The translations under genes were made by a program, and so were the position numbers. From Patescibacteria group bacterium (lineage in GTDB: Bacteria; Patescibacteriota; Patescibacteriia; JAXHNJ01): DNA of 64,000 bases. This document shows positions 38,515 through 47,972 of this stretch, one piece after another. Where the stretch lies: contig JBAZMP010000003.1 in assembly GCA_041649715.1 (NCBI GenBank), forward strand, positions 36,155 through 100,154, read 5' to 3'. The notes beneath the pieces were generated by a model. The model did not search any database, had not been told where the DNA came from, and saw nothing but the letters and a program-made list of their open reading frames with translations. Every line of letters begins with the position of its first letter. Within the stretch, counting starts at the first letter, position 1.

Positions 38515-39435
38515 TTATTCCCTTAATTTTTTGCCGGTTAGTTCCAAAAAAACATCCTCCAGGTTGGCGTGCAATACTTCTTCATCCTGTATTTTGAATC
38601 TGTCTTTTTGCGCCAGGGCGATGATTTTCGGCAGAATCTCCGATCCGCGGGTAACCTTTAAGCTGTAAGAATGGTTCGGACCCTTATTCACTTCAAACAC
38701 GCCGGGAATTTCATTTATGTTTTCCAGACAAACTTCGCAATCAGTAGAAAAATTGATGACTGACGAAGCTTTTAGATTATGAATTAAGTTGACCGGCGTA
38801 TCCATGGCGGCAATCTTGCCTAAATCCATGATCGCCACCCGATCGCAAAGAACTTGCGCTTCCTCCATATAATGGGTGGTTAAAACAATGGTCTTTCCCC
38901 GGCTATTTATCTGCCGAATAAAATCCCAAATATTGTGTCTGGCTTGCGGATCAAGACCGGTGGTCGGTTCGTCCAAAAAGACGATTTCCGGATCATTGAC
39001 CAGAGTGGCGCAAATGGAAAAACGCTGTTTCTGGCCACCCGAGAGCTGACGAACCAATGATTTCTTTTTTTCGGTCAAACCGACGATTGAAAGCAATTTA
39101 TCTGCGTCCGCTTTCAAACCATAAAAAGAACCGAAGAGTTCCAGTATTTCCTTCAAGTTTAAATTATCAAAATAGGAAGAAGCCTGCAGCTGGACCCCGA
39201 TTTTTGACTTAACTCCGTCTAAATATTCATGCGTATCCATATCCAGGACATAGGTCTTGCCGGAGGTAGGTTTTTGAATCCCTTCAATAATTTCAAGACA
39301 AGTGGTTTTGCCGGCTCCATTAGGACCCAAGATGCCAAAAATTTCTCCTTTGCTTACGTCAAAGGAAATATTATCCACCGCGATCAAATCGCCGAACTTC
39401 TTGGTTAAATTTTCCACCCTGATGACTTTTGGCAT
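38515..39435 (-). CDS. ABC transporter ATP-binding protein (DrrA-like with C-terminal extension).
   Basis: Walker A GPNGAGKTT, signature LSGGQKQR, Walker B VFLDEPTTGLD. Confidence 0.85.
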   Translation of the reverse strand: MPKVIRVENLTKKFGDLIAVDNISFDVSKGEIFGILGPNGAGKTTCLEIIEGIQKPTSGKTYVLDMDTHEYLDGVKSKIGVQLQASSYFDNLNLKEILELFGSFYGLKADADKLLSIVGLTEKKKSLVRQLSGGQKQRFSICATLVNDPEIVFLDEPTTGLDPQARHNIWDFIRQINSRGKTIVLTTHYMEEAQVLCDRVAIMDLGKIAAMDTPVNLIHNLKASSVINFSTDCEVCLENINEIPGVFEVNKGPNHSYSLKVTRGSEILPKIIALAQKDRFKIQDEEVLHANLEDVFLELTGKKLRE

Positions 39436-39494
39436 TATCGTATTCCGAGATTTAGATCCGTGATTTTAATCTCGGATCTTGATTAGTTAATCGC

Positions 39495-39917
39495 TTAATC
39501 TTTCTTTTCCGTATAGTTAAGAACACCGCTCCACTTGGCCTGGCTGCCATCCGGATTAATCACGCCCAATATATAATGGCCGGCCGGCCAAGACGGCATC
39601 CAAGTCTGCAAATAGCCGGGATTAAAGACAAAAGCTTCTATTCTGATCATTTCCGGCGATTGTATAAATACTTTTGTTTCCCGCACAAAACCCGCCCCGT
39701 AAATGGTAATCTGCTGCTTGCCTTCCGTGGTTACCTCGGAGGGATAAACGTAGTCAATGCGCAAAGAGATATTATTTTCACCCTGATCTAGATTGACGGC
39801 TTGCCCTTGATTACGTCGGACAAAATTTAAATAGTCTCCCGACTTATTTCCCGCAAAACAACCAGTCAATATTACCGGTAAAATTAATGTACTAATAAAA
39901 AAAGCCAATTTTCTCAT
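39495..39917 (-). CDS. Hypothetical lipoprotein.
   Basis: Signal peptide with lipobox (ILTGC). Confidence 0.55.
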   Translation of the reverse strand: MRKLAFFISTLILPVILTGCFAGNKSGDYLNFVRRNQGQAVNLDQGENNISLRIDYVYPSEVTTEGKQQITIYGAGFVRETKVFIQSPEMIRIEAFVFNPGYLQTWMPSWPAGHYILGVINPDGSQAKWSGVLNYTEKKD

Positions 39918-39952
39918 TAGCCTATTTTAGCCTATTTTTCTATTTTTGACAA

Positions 39953-40438
39953 CTAAAAAAAGACCTGCCAAAGAAAGACCCCAACCATTATGAATATCAG
40001 GGATATTTTTGTCAATAACCCCGCTATAAACCCCAAAAAAGCGCCAAAACCGGCCCTAAGCGCGTGTTTTACCTCTTTGCCGGCTAAAAGGACTTCCAGG
40101 CAAAAAGCCCCTAAGATAGGGCCGATTATGAGGCCGGTGAAACCACCAATAGAAAGTCCAATTATACCCCCTCCTATGCCCCCTATAATCCCCCATTTTG
40201 AAGCGCCCATTTTCTTGGCGCCGTAGATCGTCGCCAAATAATCAAAAACATAAGCAAGAATAACCAGACCCAAAAAAATAATATTGGTGGCCAAAGAAAC
40301 CTTTTCAAAATGCGTGTAAGCGCTTAAAATAAAAATCCCCAGCCAAACTAAGGGTAGGTCGGGCAAGAATGGAAAAAACAAGCCGGTCATACCGGCGCAG
40401 ATTAATATTACGGTGATAACGATAATCAAAATATACAT
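39953..40438 (-). CDS. DUF456-family membrane protein.
   Basis: Gly-rich 4-TM small protein (GIIGGIGGGIIGLSIGGFTGLIIGPILG). Confidence 0.55.
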   Translation of the reverse strand: MYILIIVITVILICAGMTGLFFPFLPDLPLVWLGIFILSAYTHFEKVSLATNIIFLGLVILAYVFDYLATIYGAKKMGASKWGIIGGIGGGIIGLSIGGFTGLIIGPILGAFCLEVLLAGKEVKHALRAGFGAFLGFIAGLLTKISLIFIMVGVFLWQVFF

Positions 40439-40487
40439 CTATTTTTCGCTACCGCTAAATTTCTCGACAATAAAACTGACCGGATTC

Positions 40488-42509
40488 CTATCTGTCATAA
40501 TTCGCCAAAAAGTTTTCTCTATCGGTAATTTTGTTTATCTCACTAATCAACTGCTCGGTCAAAATCTGCGGTTCCAGTTTTCGCCATCTATTTTCGATAG
40601 CTGTTTTACGGAAAGTAATATTAATCAATGGCGTAATATCCATCAACTTTAATATCCATTTCAACCTTGTCGGTGTTTCATCGATATATTTAATATATTG
40701 GTCTCTTACAAGTTTTGAATAATATTCAACGAATTGTATAGAATACTCGATTGATCCACTTTCCCAAGTAATTCGGCTGATTTCATGTTTATCTTGAAGG
40801 GTCAATTTATTCTTGCCAATAAATTTGATGATTGTTTGTTTATCCTTTAGATTTACCCCGGGATTAAAAATCGTATATATGATCGGCAAAGTCAATTTTC
40901 CTTCCGCGATATCATTATGTGATGTGCTTTTCATTCCCTTGCTCAAGTCAGACATTTGTTCTGGAAAAATTAAATCGCCCAAATCGTTCCTGATCATCTG
41001 TACCAAACCGAATATTTTTGAGATATAAATGCAGGCGCTTTCTGTTTCTTTTTTATTATAAAACTGCGCCCCGACATTGGTTGATTTAACAGCCATGCGG
41101 CCTATCTCTTCATAAAAAGCCCCGCAAATGCCATAAATCCGGTTAAAGTATTTCTTTAAAGCCGATTCTAAATTATTTTCCTGGATAAACCCTAATAAAT
41201 CCTTATTATTTGTAAATGTTAAATCAATATCAATCGGCTGTCCTAAATACATTATATATTGGACATCATTCAGGGCTGAAAGTAACTGTTTAGATGGTTC
41301 TTCCTTATCTCTGGTTAATTCGTATAACAAAACTAATGAGAGACAATGACCTATTGCACCCAGCAAAAAAGCGTTTTTTCTGCTTCCAAATTTTTTATGG
41401 AGTGTTTTTTCTCCCTGGCGACTGTCAGAATCGTCAAAAACATCATCAATGGCGTAAGTATTCAGCCAATTATATATTTCGAGAATGGCGCCCATTTGAT
41501 AAACAAAACTTTCATGAAAATATTTTTGTGAGGCAATAATATGATGACTAACCAAATCATAAAGCTCAAAAAAGATCGTCGGCCGAGTTTTCTTCTTTCC
41601 TTGTTTTCTTCCTTGAATTTCTTGGGCCGGAATATTAAACCAGTAGGCTATCATGCCAGAAATATCCTTAATATTTTTCTTTCCCTCGAAATAACTTAAA
41701 TACTTGCTGATAGAATGATAAAGAAATGGAACCAAGCTATTAAAATCTTCCTCAATTATTTGTTTGACGATTTTCGCGCGTTCATATTCTAAATTACATA
41801 TTTGACGGTAAGTAAATGGAACATCGAATTTTGTTTTACTGTTTTCAAAAACTTTGGTATTCAAGGCATATTTATTATAATCCGCATATTCCCCGCTTTT
41901 CTCCAGAATTTTCGCCACCACTGATATATCCGCATAATGACGAAGCTCCTTATCAACAGAATAATTAATAATCCCCTCCCTGGCGTAAATGGATTTATAA
42001 TATTTATCCAAATACTCAATAATTTTATTCTCAAATTGATCTTTATTTTCACAATAAAGAACAGCCGTGTGCGTGAATTTATCATTGTTTTTGGCAAATT
42101 CCGAGACTTCTTTGCTGGTTGTCAATATGGCGCCGATACTAAAAGTCACCATCCACTGGGCTGAATAGTAATCAAGGTGTTCCAAATTTTCTACTAACAT
42201 TATTGTCGGTTTTTCCTTACCAATCGCATAGCCGCATTCCCATGTACTATCCGTTCCGGCCGCTCCATTATTCTCCGTGTCATACATTTTCATGTAAGCA
42301 AGTATGGCATTACATTTATTTATTTCGCCTAAATCTTTTGTCGCAATTCTAATGGGAATTTTTCTCTGATCGGAGTAGTCTTCATCGATCAAGGCGGGCT
42401 GAAACAAATCTAACTTTTTATTAAAGAATGGCGAATATTCATCTTTAAAATTTTGTCTCCATAACTTTATTCCTGACGCTAAGTATATTTTATATCTTGT
42501 TACTGGCAT
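40488..42509 (-). CDS. Fusion protein: N-terminal nucleoside 2-deoxyribosyltransferase-like (NDT/SLOG-fold) domain plus C-terminal trans-polyprenyl diphosphate synthase-like domain.
   Basis: N-terminus: KIYLASG...CNAILAYM...NGAAGTDSTWECGYAIGKEKPTIML (NDT signature DxGTxxExGyAxaxgKP). C-terminus: GKKKTRPTIF (GKxxRP), first Asp-rich motif AIDDVFDDSDSRQGEKTLHKKFG (cf. IspB LLHDDVVDESDMRRGKATANAAFG), second motif region MIRNDLGDL...HNDIAEGKLTLPIIY (SARM degenerated to NDxxD, then GKxTLP). The gene is markedly AT-rich. Confidence 0.6.
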   Translation of the reverse strand: MPVTRYKIYLASGIKLWRQNFKDEYSPFFNKKLDLFQPALIDEDYSDQRKIPIRIATKDLGEINKCNAILAYMKMYDTENNGAAGTDSTWECGYAIGKEKPTIMLVENLEHLDYYSAQWMVTFSIGAILTTSKEVSEFAKNNDKFTHTAVLYCENKDQFENKIIEYLDKYYKSIYAREGIINYSVDKELRHYADISVVAKILEKSGEYADYNKYALNTKVFENSKTKFDVPFTYRQICNLEYERAKIVKQIIEEDFNSLVPFLYHSISKYLSYFEGKKNIKDISGMIAYWFNIPAQEIQGRKQGKKKTRPTIFFELYDLVSHHIIASQKYFHESFVYQMGAILEIYNWLNTYAIDDVFDDSDSRQGEKTLHKKFGSRKNAFLLGAIGHCLSLVLLYELTRDKEEPSKQLLSALNDVQYIMYLGQPIDIDLTFTNNKDLLGFIQENNLESALKKYFNRIYGICGAFYEEIGRMAVKSTNVGAQFYNKKETESACIYISKIFGLVQMIRNDLGDLIFPEQMSDLSKGMKSTSHNDIAEGKLTLPIIYTIFNPGVNLKDKQTIIKFIGKNKLTLQDKHEISRITWESGSIEYSIQFVEYYSKLVRDQYIKYIDETPTRLKWILKLMDITPLINITFRKTAIENRWRKLEPQILTEQLISEINKITDRENFLANYDR

Positions 42510-42540
42510 AGATCAATTATACTGAAAATAGTCAATAAAA

Positions 42541-42966
42541 TCAAATAAAATCCGCTATATTTGAAATCTGAGAAGAATCACTTATTTTTTCGGCACGCCT
42601 TTTCTCCCATTCCCTCACTTTTTCTTCATTAAATCCAAAATAATGACCGATTTCGTGAAGAATAACTTTATGGATTAACTTCTTGATATTTTCTTCTTCC
42701 GGTCCGGCTAAACTCTCAATCGGTTTTTTAAAAAGAGTGATTTTATCCGGCAACACGCCACTGTAACCTCGGCTTCGCCGGGTCAAAGGTATTCCCTGGT
42801 AAAGCCCTAAAAGCAATCCATTAAATTTTATCCCCCGCTCTTGCAAAGTGGCAACTCGGGGCTCATCTTCTAAAACAAAGGCTAAATTCTCTATTTTTTG
42901 ACGCAAGGCTTCCGGCAAGGACAAAATCGCTTCATTGATATATTTTACAAACTGAACTTGATTCAT
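42541..42966 (-). CDS. Zincin-like metallopeptidase family protein (DUF1025/Zn-dependent protease-like).
   Basis: HEIGHYFG (HExxH) near the C-terminus of a 141-aa protein. Confidence 0.65.
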   Translation of the reverse strand: MNQVQFVKYINEAILSLPEALRQKIENLAFVLEDEPRVATLQERGIKFNGLLLGLYQGIPLTRRSRGYSGVLPDKITLFKKPIESLAGPEEENIKKLIHKVILHEIGHYFGFNEEKVREWEKRRAEKISDSSQISNIADFI

Positions 42967-43086
42967 TAAATTATTCTAGCATTTATTAACAAAAGTAAAA
43001 ACCTCGCCTTTTTCCACCCTAAAGTGAACTAAGACGAGGTTTCATATATCACGAAAGAGACGCTCTAGAAAGGACGTACAAATATG

Positions 43087-43644
43087 CTAACAGTCAAGGA
43101 CTTCCTCACGAACAGCCAAAAATTTGTTTTCTCCCGGTAACTTAACATCAAGCCACCAGCGCATCAAGTTCACTTTGCCGAACGGATCGGCGTCGAGTAA
43201 CGCAATAAAGTCATCCCGGACTGAACCACACAGAGCTATAACCGATTCTTCCTTATGTTCTTCAGGGTATTCCCTGACAAAAGTTTCGGCCTGGGCTCGG
43301 TCAGGACAACTTAGATGTCTGCGCTTGAATATTTTAAGCACTTCTCTGGGAGTAATTTCGGTGCTTACCGGGACTAATTCAAAAATCACTTTTTTCTTGC
43401 CTTTGCCCTTAATGGGAAAATCCTCTATCGTCGTTGGATTTCTGGATTTAGTCTGATTGCTTCCTTCAATCGATTGCCAACGCGGATCGTCGGAGTTTAC
43501 CTCGCAAACGAAACGCGGTTTGAAGACGAATAACTGAAGAAGTTCAATCCACTCGTCCAAACTACGCGATCCCTCTTGGACCATTTTGAGAGCCGAGGCT
43601 AGCAACTTGCCAGCTCGTTCCCAGGAATTCTTGCTGCTTCCCAC
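43087..43644 (-). CDS. Hypothetical protein (185 aa).
   Basis: GTG start with AGGAGG at 7-nt spacing. No domain recognised. Confidence 0.45.
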   Translation of the reverse strand: MGSSKNSWERAGKLLASALKMVQEGSRSLDEWIELLQLFVFKPRFVCEVNSDDPRWQSIEGSNQTKSRNPTTIEDFPIKGKGKKKVIFELVPVSTEITPREVLKIFKRRHLSCPDRAQAETFVREYPEEHKEESVIALCGSVRDDFIALLDADPFGKVNLMRWWLDVKLPGENKFLAVREEVLDC

Positions 43645-43942
43645 AGCTTTTCCTCCTGTCTAAGGCTTTCGCTACTAAACCGGACATGACGAATGACCGG
43701 CACTCCCATACCTTGGGAGATTTCGCGGCTTTGGCTTTGGTAGCCGCAGCGCCAACACCACTCCACTCAATCCTTACTAAAAGAGCCCGTAAAGAAGTGA
43801 GGTAGGCACTGCAGCCAAACTTGCCGATGAATTTTAAAAGAGTTTATTATATTCTCACGGATCCGCAATTCTGTCAATTTTAGCTTGTGGATAAATTTTT
43901 TGGTTATCTAACGTATAAATTATTAAATAGTCCAAGCCAGTT

Positions 43943-43972
43943 TCGGATTTTGAGTTTAGAATTTTTTATTTA
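43943..43972 (+). repeat. Third copy of the GGATTT-family element (gtttcggattttgagtttagaattttttattta), overlapping the 3' end of gene 43966..44226.
   Basis: Matches reverse-complemented 33571..33600 and 34640..34680 (tttcggattt-[ct]gag-[at]ttagaattt). Confidence 0.35.
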
Positions 43973-44226
43973 CGGATTCCCCTCTTTATCAGCTCCGCTT
44001 CAATGGCATGGGCCAGGCGGTTGCCGATCCCATCAATTTTTTCCAAACCCGTAAGCCAGGTGTGTTTATAAATCTCATCCGCTCCTTGATTTAAATTTTC
44101 TAAAGCCTTGGCCGCTTTTCTCAAAGAAATTACGCGAAATTTATTCTTGCCGGAAATCTCCTGTTTATCCGCTTTAGCGCGGAATACCGCGGCGATCTCA
44201 TAATTTATCTTCGGGTTATGTTCCAT
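43966..44226 (-). CDS. Helix-hairpin-helix DNA-binding protein resembling the N-terminal 8-kDa/HhH domain of family X DNA polymerases.
   Basis: NYEIAAVFRAKADKQEISGKNKFRVISLRKAAKALENL ... GIGNRLAHAIEAELIKRG parallels PolX N-terminal lyase/HhH segments. Confidence 0.5.
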   Translation of the reverse strand: MEHNPKINYEIAAVFRAKADKQEISGKNKFRVISLRKAAKALENLNQGADEIYKHTWLTGLEKIDGIGNRLAHAIEAELIKRGIRK

Positions 44227-44286
44227 AATTTAATCTTATCAGAAAAACAAAAAAAGCGTAAATAAGCGCTTTGAATAATTGAATAC

Positions 44287-45672
44287 TTATTCTTCCCGGC
44301 CCTTTTCCGGATAAACTACTTCTGGCTGTAGGCCTAAGGCTTTCCGCGGCCGACGACCTTTTTCATCTTTTCCCATAGTCCGTTCTAGAACTTCCTCTTT
44401 GCGGATTGACCCTAGGGTGATGCTTACTCCCTCTTTTTCCGCCTGCTCAAGCATTTCCGGCCGGAAGCCGGCGGGAGTGACCATAATAGAACCTTTATGC
44501 TCGTGCAAAACCTGCATCATTTTTTTCCCGTGCGGAAGAGATTCAAGCCCTACCATCGGCTCATCAATGAAGTTTTTGGTAATGGTGCGCGGCTCATCAT
44601 CCTTATCATAAAACGGTGATCTTGCCCCCATCTTCTTAAGAGGACCCGCCAGTACCTTCAGCTTCGGATACATTTCTCCTAACGGAATATATTGAAAAAC
44701 ATATCGCGGACCATTGCCTTTTATTTCTCCGCTTTGGGTTAATTCTTTCTCGCGTTCATCAAATTCGTAAGCGGCATCCGCCCGGACGAACTGTAGATTG
44801 ACTTTTGAACCGAAATTATACTGATCCAATAATTTCAGGACTTGGCCGACAAAATCTTTCTCGCGGTATTTTTCCTCGGCAGTGATTTTTGTGTGCAGAA
44901 AAATTTCCAATCCCCTTCTGGCCTGCCTGGGCGCCTGTACATCCTCGGGAACCAACTCTTTCACCATTTTTAAATATTCTTCCAAAGTCGGAGCGTTCTC
45001 AATATCCTTTTTATTATATGAATGAACCACTACCGGTTCGCCGTCAGTTCTCATTTTAATGTCGCACTCAAAACCGCCAATCCCCTTTTCCAAATTTTCC
45101 CGGGTTTTCTCCACTTTAAAGCGGGGATCTTTCAAGGCAAACATCAAGGGAGTATCCAGTCCCACTTTTTCCGCCAGCTTCATTAACTTTTCCGTGCCGG
45201 GCTTCGGTTCATCAAATTTTCCTCGGTGCAGGATAACGTTCCGACGCGGTAAATATTCGGAAACCATTCTTCGCAAAACATGGGCCTGCAAACGCCTCAT
45301 TAAAGTCGTTTCCAATCCCACAAAATCATTTCCCGCGCCTTCCGAGAATCCGCCGGCTTCTTTCTTTAAACTCTCAATCTCATCAGGAGATTTTTCCAAC
45401 TCTAAATCTTTGAGGACAAAATCAGAAGAAATTCTAAGCATGTTTTTTACCTCTTCCTCGTCAACCTTATTTCTATTCATCCACGCCTGGAAATCTACTT
45501 TTTCGGCTTTTTCTCCTTCACCCATATAAAAATACTGCCCCTTGAAATATTCGACGGGGTCAGAGTCAATTTTTGCTAATTCTTCTACTAAAACCTGGCG
45601 GTAGTTATCGCCTTGCGTTTTTTCAAACCACTCGGGTAAATTGGGTCTAAATTCGCGGTTTTCCGGATTCAT
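44287..45672 (-). CDS. Hypothetical protein with a central GDPD-like (PLC-like phosphodiesterase) segment.
   Basis: FECDIKMRTDGEPVVVHS resembles the GDPD E-x-D...DG.PVV.HD core, but with HS in place of HD. The rest is unassigned. Confidence 0.35.
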   Translation of the reverse strand: MNPENREFRPNLPEWFEKTQGDNYRQVLVEELAKIDSDPVEYFKGQYFYMGEGEKAEKVDFQAWMNRNKVDEEEVKNMLRISSDFVLKDLELEKSPDEIESLKKEAGGFSEGAGNDFVGLETTLMRRLQAHVLRRMVSEYLPRRNVILHRGKFDEPKPGTEKLMKLAEKVGLDTPLMFALKDPRFKVEKTRENLEKGIGGFECDIKMRTDGEPVVVHSYNKKDIENAPTLEEYLKMVKELVPEDVQAPRQARRGLEIFLHTKITAEEKYREKDFVGQVLKLLDQYNFGSKVNLQFVRADAAYEFDEREKELTQSGEIKGNGPRYVFQYIPLGEMYPKLKVLAGPLKKMGARSPFYDKDDEPRTITKNFIDEPMVGLESLPHGKKMMQVLHEHKGSIMVTPAGFRPEMLEQAEKEGVSITLGSIRKEEVLERTMGKDEKGRRPRKALGLQPEVVYPEKGREE

Positions 45673-45753
45673 GTATTTATCTTAGCACAAAACCTTAGCG
45701 CGTTTTATAGAAGAAGTCAAGGTTGATTATAACAGGATTTTATTCTATAATTT

Positions 45754-46149
45754 ATGAATATGGAACAGCCAAAAACTTCTCCGAAAATCCTGCGTGAATT
45801 TTACTTCTGGGCCGGCATCATCGCCACCATCACCTACCGGGCGATTATTGTTTTAAACAATTATTCCGCCTTCTGGGTGAAAATCTTCTGGTATATCGGT
45901 ACCATCGGCTTTGTCCTATATTTCTACCATCGTTATCAAATTTCGCATCGCCGGGACAAACTGGTGGACGAACACGATCTAGTCAACAAAGTGAGCGGCT
46001 TCAACGCCAGCGAGGACGATAAAAAAGCGATGACCTATATCTTTTCCACCCTTGCTTCCAGCAAGGAAAGATGGAATTACGTCGTTATCTTCGTGTCTTC
46101 CGGGATCGCCCTTGTCTTGGGCGTAATATATGATTTTATCCTAAAATAA
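45754..46149 (+). CDS. Hypothetical membrane protein (131 aa).
   Basis: 3 predicted TM helices. Confidence 0.45.
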   Translation: MNMEQPKTSPKILREFYFWAGIIATITYRAIIVLNNYSAFWVKIFWYIGTIGFVLYFYHRYQISHRRDKLVDEHDLVNKVSGFNASEDDKKAMTYIFSTLASSKERWNYVVIFVSSGIALVLGVIYDFILK

Positions 46150-46215
46150 TTTTATCAAGTAAAAAAGACCGACCCCAGATAGCCGGCCTTTTTATCTATT
46201 GATATCTAATAAATT

Positions 46216-47151
46216 TTAATCATTCTGACCCGCCTGATTTTGATTCTGGTTCTGATTCATGTTCCGGTTCTGATTCTGATTTTGGTTGCTATTCTGATTG
46301 GAATTAACGCTGGCGTTAGTGTTACTGTTAACATTCCTATTGGCGTTAGTGTTCGTATTCGCGTTGGTATTGTTGTTCAACCAGGAGCCAAGGCGTTCCT
46401 TGACCTTCGCTTTCACTTCCTGGCCGTAATTATTTACTTCATTTTTCACTTGATTCTTAAATTCCTTGGCCTCGGCCGTCCCCTGGACATGTTCAATGGC
46501 ATTCTCTATCCCTTTGGCCGAGTTTTCCATGGCGTTCAAGATCGCACTCTGGGCGCTTTCAGGCGCTTTATCATAAACTTCCTGCAAGACCGCTTGCTGC
46601 CGCGTCTCGTTTTCTTTCAATTTTTCTACCAGAGCCTCGACATCCTTGCCGCTATCCTTGGCGGCTTTTAGCTTTTCCACGACCTTGTCAATTTTAGCCT
46701 GAAAGCGGGGCGCCAATTTCTGGGCCAATTCACACTTGTCTTTCACTTCGCAGAGTTTTTTAAGCTCTAATATCCTCCGGTTGGCAAACTTGAGGTCTAG
46801 CTCGGCTTTTTTCTCATCCGAAAAAGCAAAAAACGATTGCACGCTTTCCCACCAGGTTTTTAAGAAATACAAAGGCGAATCCGGCAATAAAGTCACCTCC
46901 TCGTCCTGCTGCTGGCCGACAACTATCTTATTAACATTGCTGTTGCCATTAACGTTGACATTGGAATTTACGTTAGCATTTAGGTTGGCATTCAGATTCG
47001 CATTGGCATTTAGATTAACATTAGTATTGATATTTGTGTTTGAGTTCTGATTTTCATTGCTATTTTGCGTGGCAATCAAGTTGTCTTCGGCCGATAAAAC
47101 AAAGGGGCAAAGCAGGGCGGAAAAAAGAACGAAAATGAATAATTTTTTCAT
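46216..47151 (-). CDS. Secreted DUF5667-type protein with Asn-rich low-complexity termini and a central coiled-coil.
   Basis: Signal peptide; (N-x)n tracts at both ends (NANLNANLNANVNSNVNVNGNSNVN; NTNANTNTNANRNVNSNTNASVNSNQNSNQNQNQNRNMNQNQNQNQ); LPDSPLYFLKTWWE motif typical of DUF5667. Confidence 0.6.
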   Translation of the reverse strand: MKKLFIFVLFSALLCPFVLSAEDNLIATQNSNENQNSNTNINTNVNLNANANLNANLNANVNSNVNVNGNSNVNKIVVGQQQDEEVTLLPDSPLYFLKTWWESVQSFFAFSDEKKAELDLKFANRRILELKKLCEVKDKCELAQKLAPRFQAKIDKVVEKLKAAKDSGKDVEALVEKLKENETRQQAVLQEVYDKAPESAQSAILNAMENSAKGIENAIEHVQGTAEAKEFKNQVKNEVNNYGQEVKAKVKERLGSWLNNNTNANTNTNANRNVNSNTNASVNSNQNSNQNQNQNRNMNQNQNQNQAGQND

Positions 47152-47168
47152 AGTTTTTTTCTAGTTAC

Positions 47169-47477
47169 TTATCTAAATATTAAGTAAAATACCAGACAAA
47201 CTATAAATAAGATAAATATTACCGCCAAACTGATCAACAGGGTGAATATCGCCTCCTTATAGTTTTTTTGCAAAGCCAGGTAGACCGGATAGCCTAAAAC
47301 CAATAAACCCGAAACGGCGGCGCTGAAAACAAGGAGAGTCAGGACCAAAACACCCGTGAAAGCTCCTGATCCGGAAAACCATTTTTCCATCCCTTGCATA
47401 AAGAAAACGACTAAAACGATATAAACCACCTCCAAGACTCCACCCAGTATGCCAAATTTTAGACTTTTGGAATTCAT
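47169..47477 (-). CDS. Small membrane protein (102 aa).
   Basis: 3 TM helices. Confidence 0.45.
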   Translation of the reverse strand: MNSKSLKFGILGGVLEVVYIVLVVFFMQGMEKWFSGSGAFTGVLVLTLLVFSAAVSGLLVLGYPVYLALQKNYKEAIFTLLISLAVIFILFIVCLVFYLIFR

Positions 47478-47598
47478 GATGTTTTTAATTAAAATATTAA
47501 ATATATAAACTGTAAAGCGACGGCCTGTTTTGAATTTTGGATTTTAAGCATTTGATTTTGTTTTGTGCTTTGGATTTTGGAATTAGGGTTTGAACGAG

Positions 47599-47937
47599 CT
47601 ACATCTGGAAACTTCCCCTTTCCCCCATTTCCATTTCCAACCAATCTTTCCGAGAGTCATCCCACTTATAAGCCTTGAAAGTGTGGACAAATTCGTCTTT
47701 AGAATAAATATATTCCACCGTGGTATGACTGCCGATTCTCTTGGAGCCCAGGCCCTTTTTGTCTAAAACGACGGGATGAGTGACAAATTCAAGTTTCATC
47801 TTTCCCAAGGGGCCCTTGAATTCTAATATTTCAACTTCTCCGGGCCGGTCATCGCCTATAGGCTCCTTTCTCTCGTCGGTAACTTCAAAAGAATCCTTTA
47901 CCTGTCCCTTAATTCCTTCCCATTTTTCCTTGGTCAT
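47599..47937 (-). CDS. Hypothetical protein (112 aa).
   Basis: Clean ORF. No domain recognised. Confidence 0.45.
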   Translation of the reverse strand: MTKEKWEGIKGQVKDSFEVTDERKEPIGDDRPGEVEILEFKGPLGKMKLEFVTHPVVLDKKGLGSKRIGSHTTVEYIYSKDEFVHTFKAYKWDDSRKDWLEMEMGERGSFQM

Positions 47938-47972
47938 ATTCTTATAATATCACGAAAATGAAGAAAGTAAAA

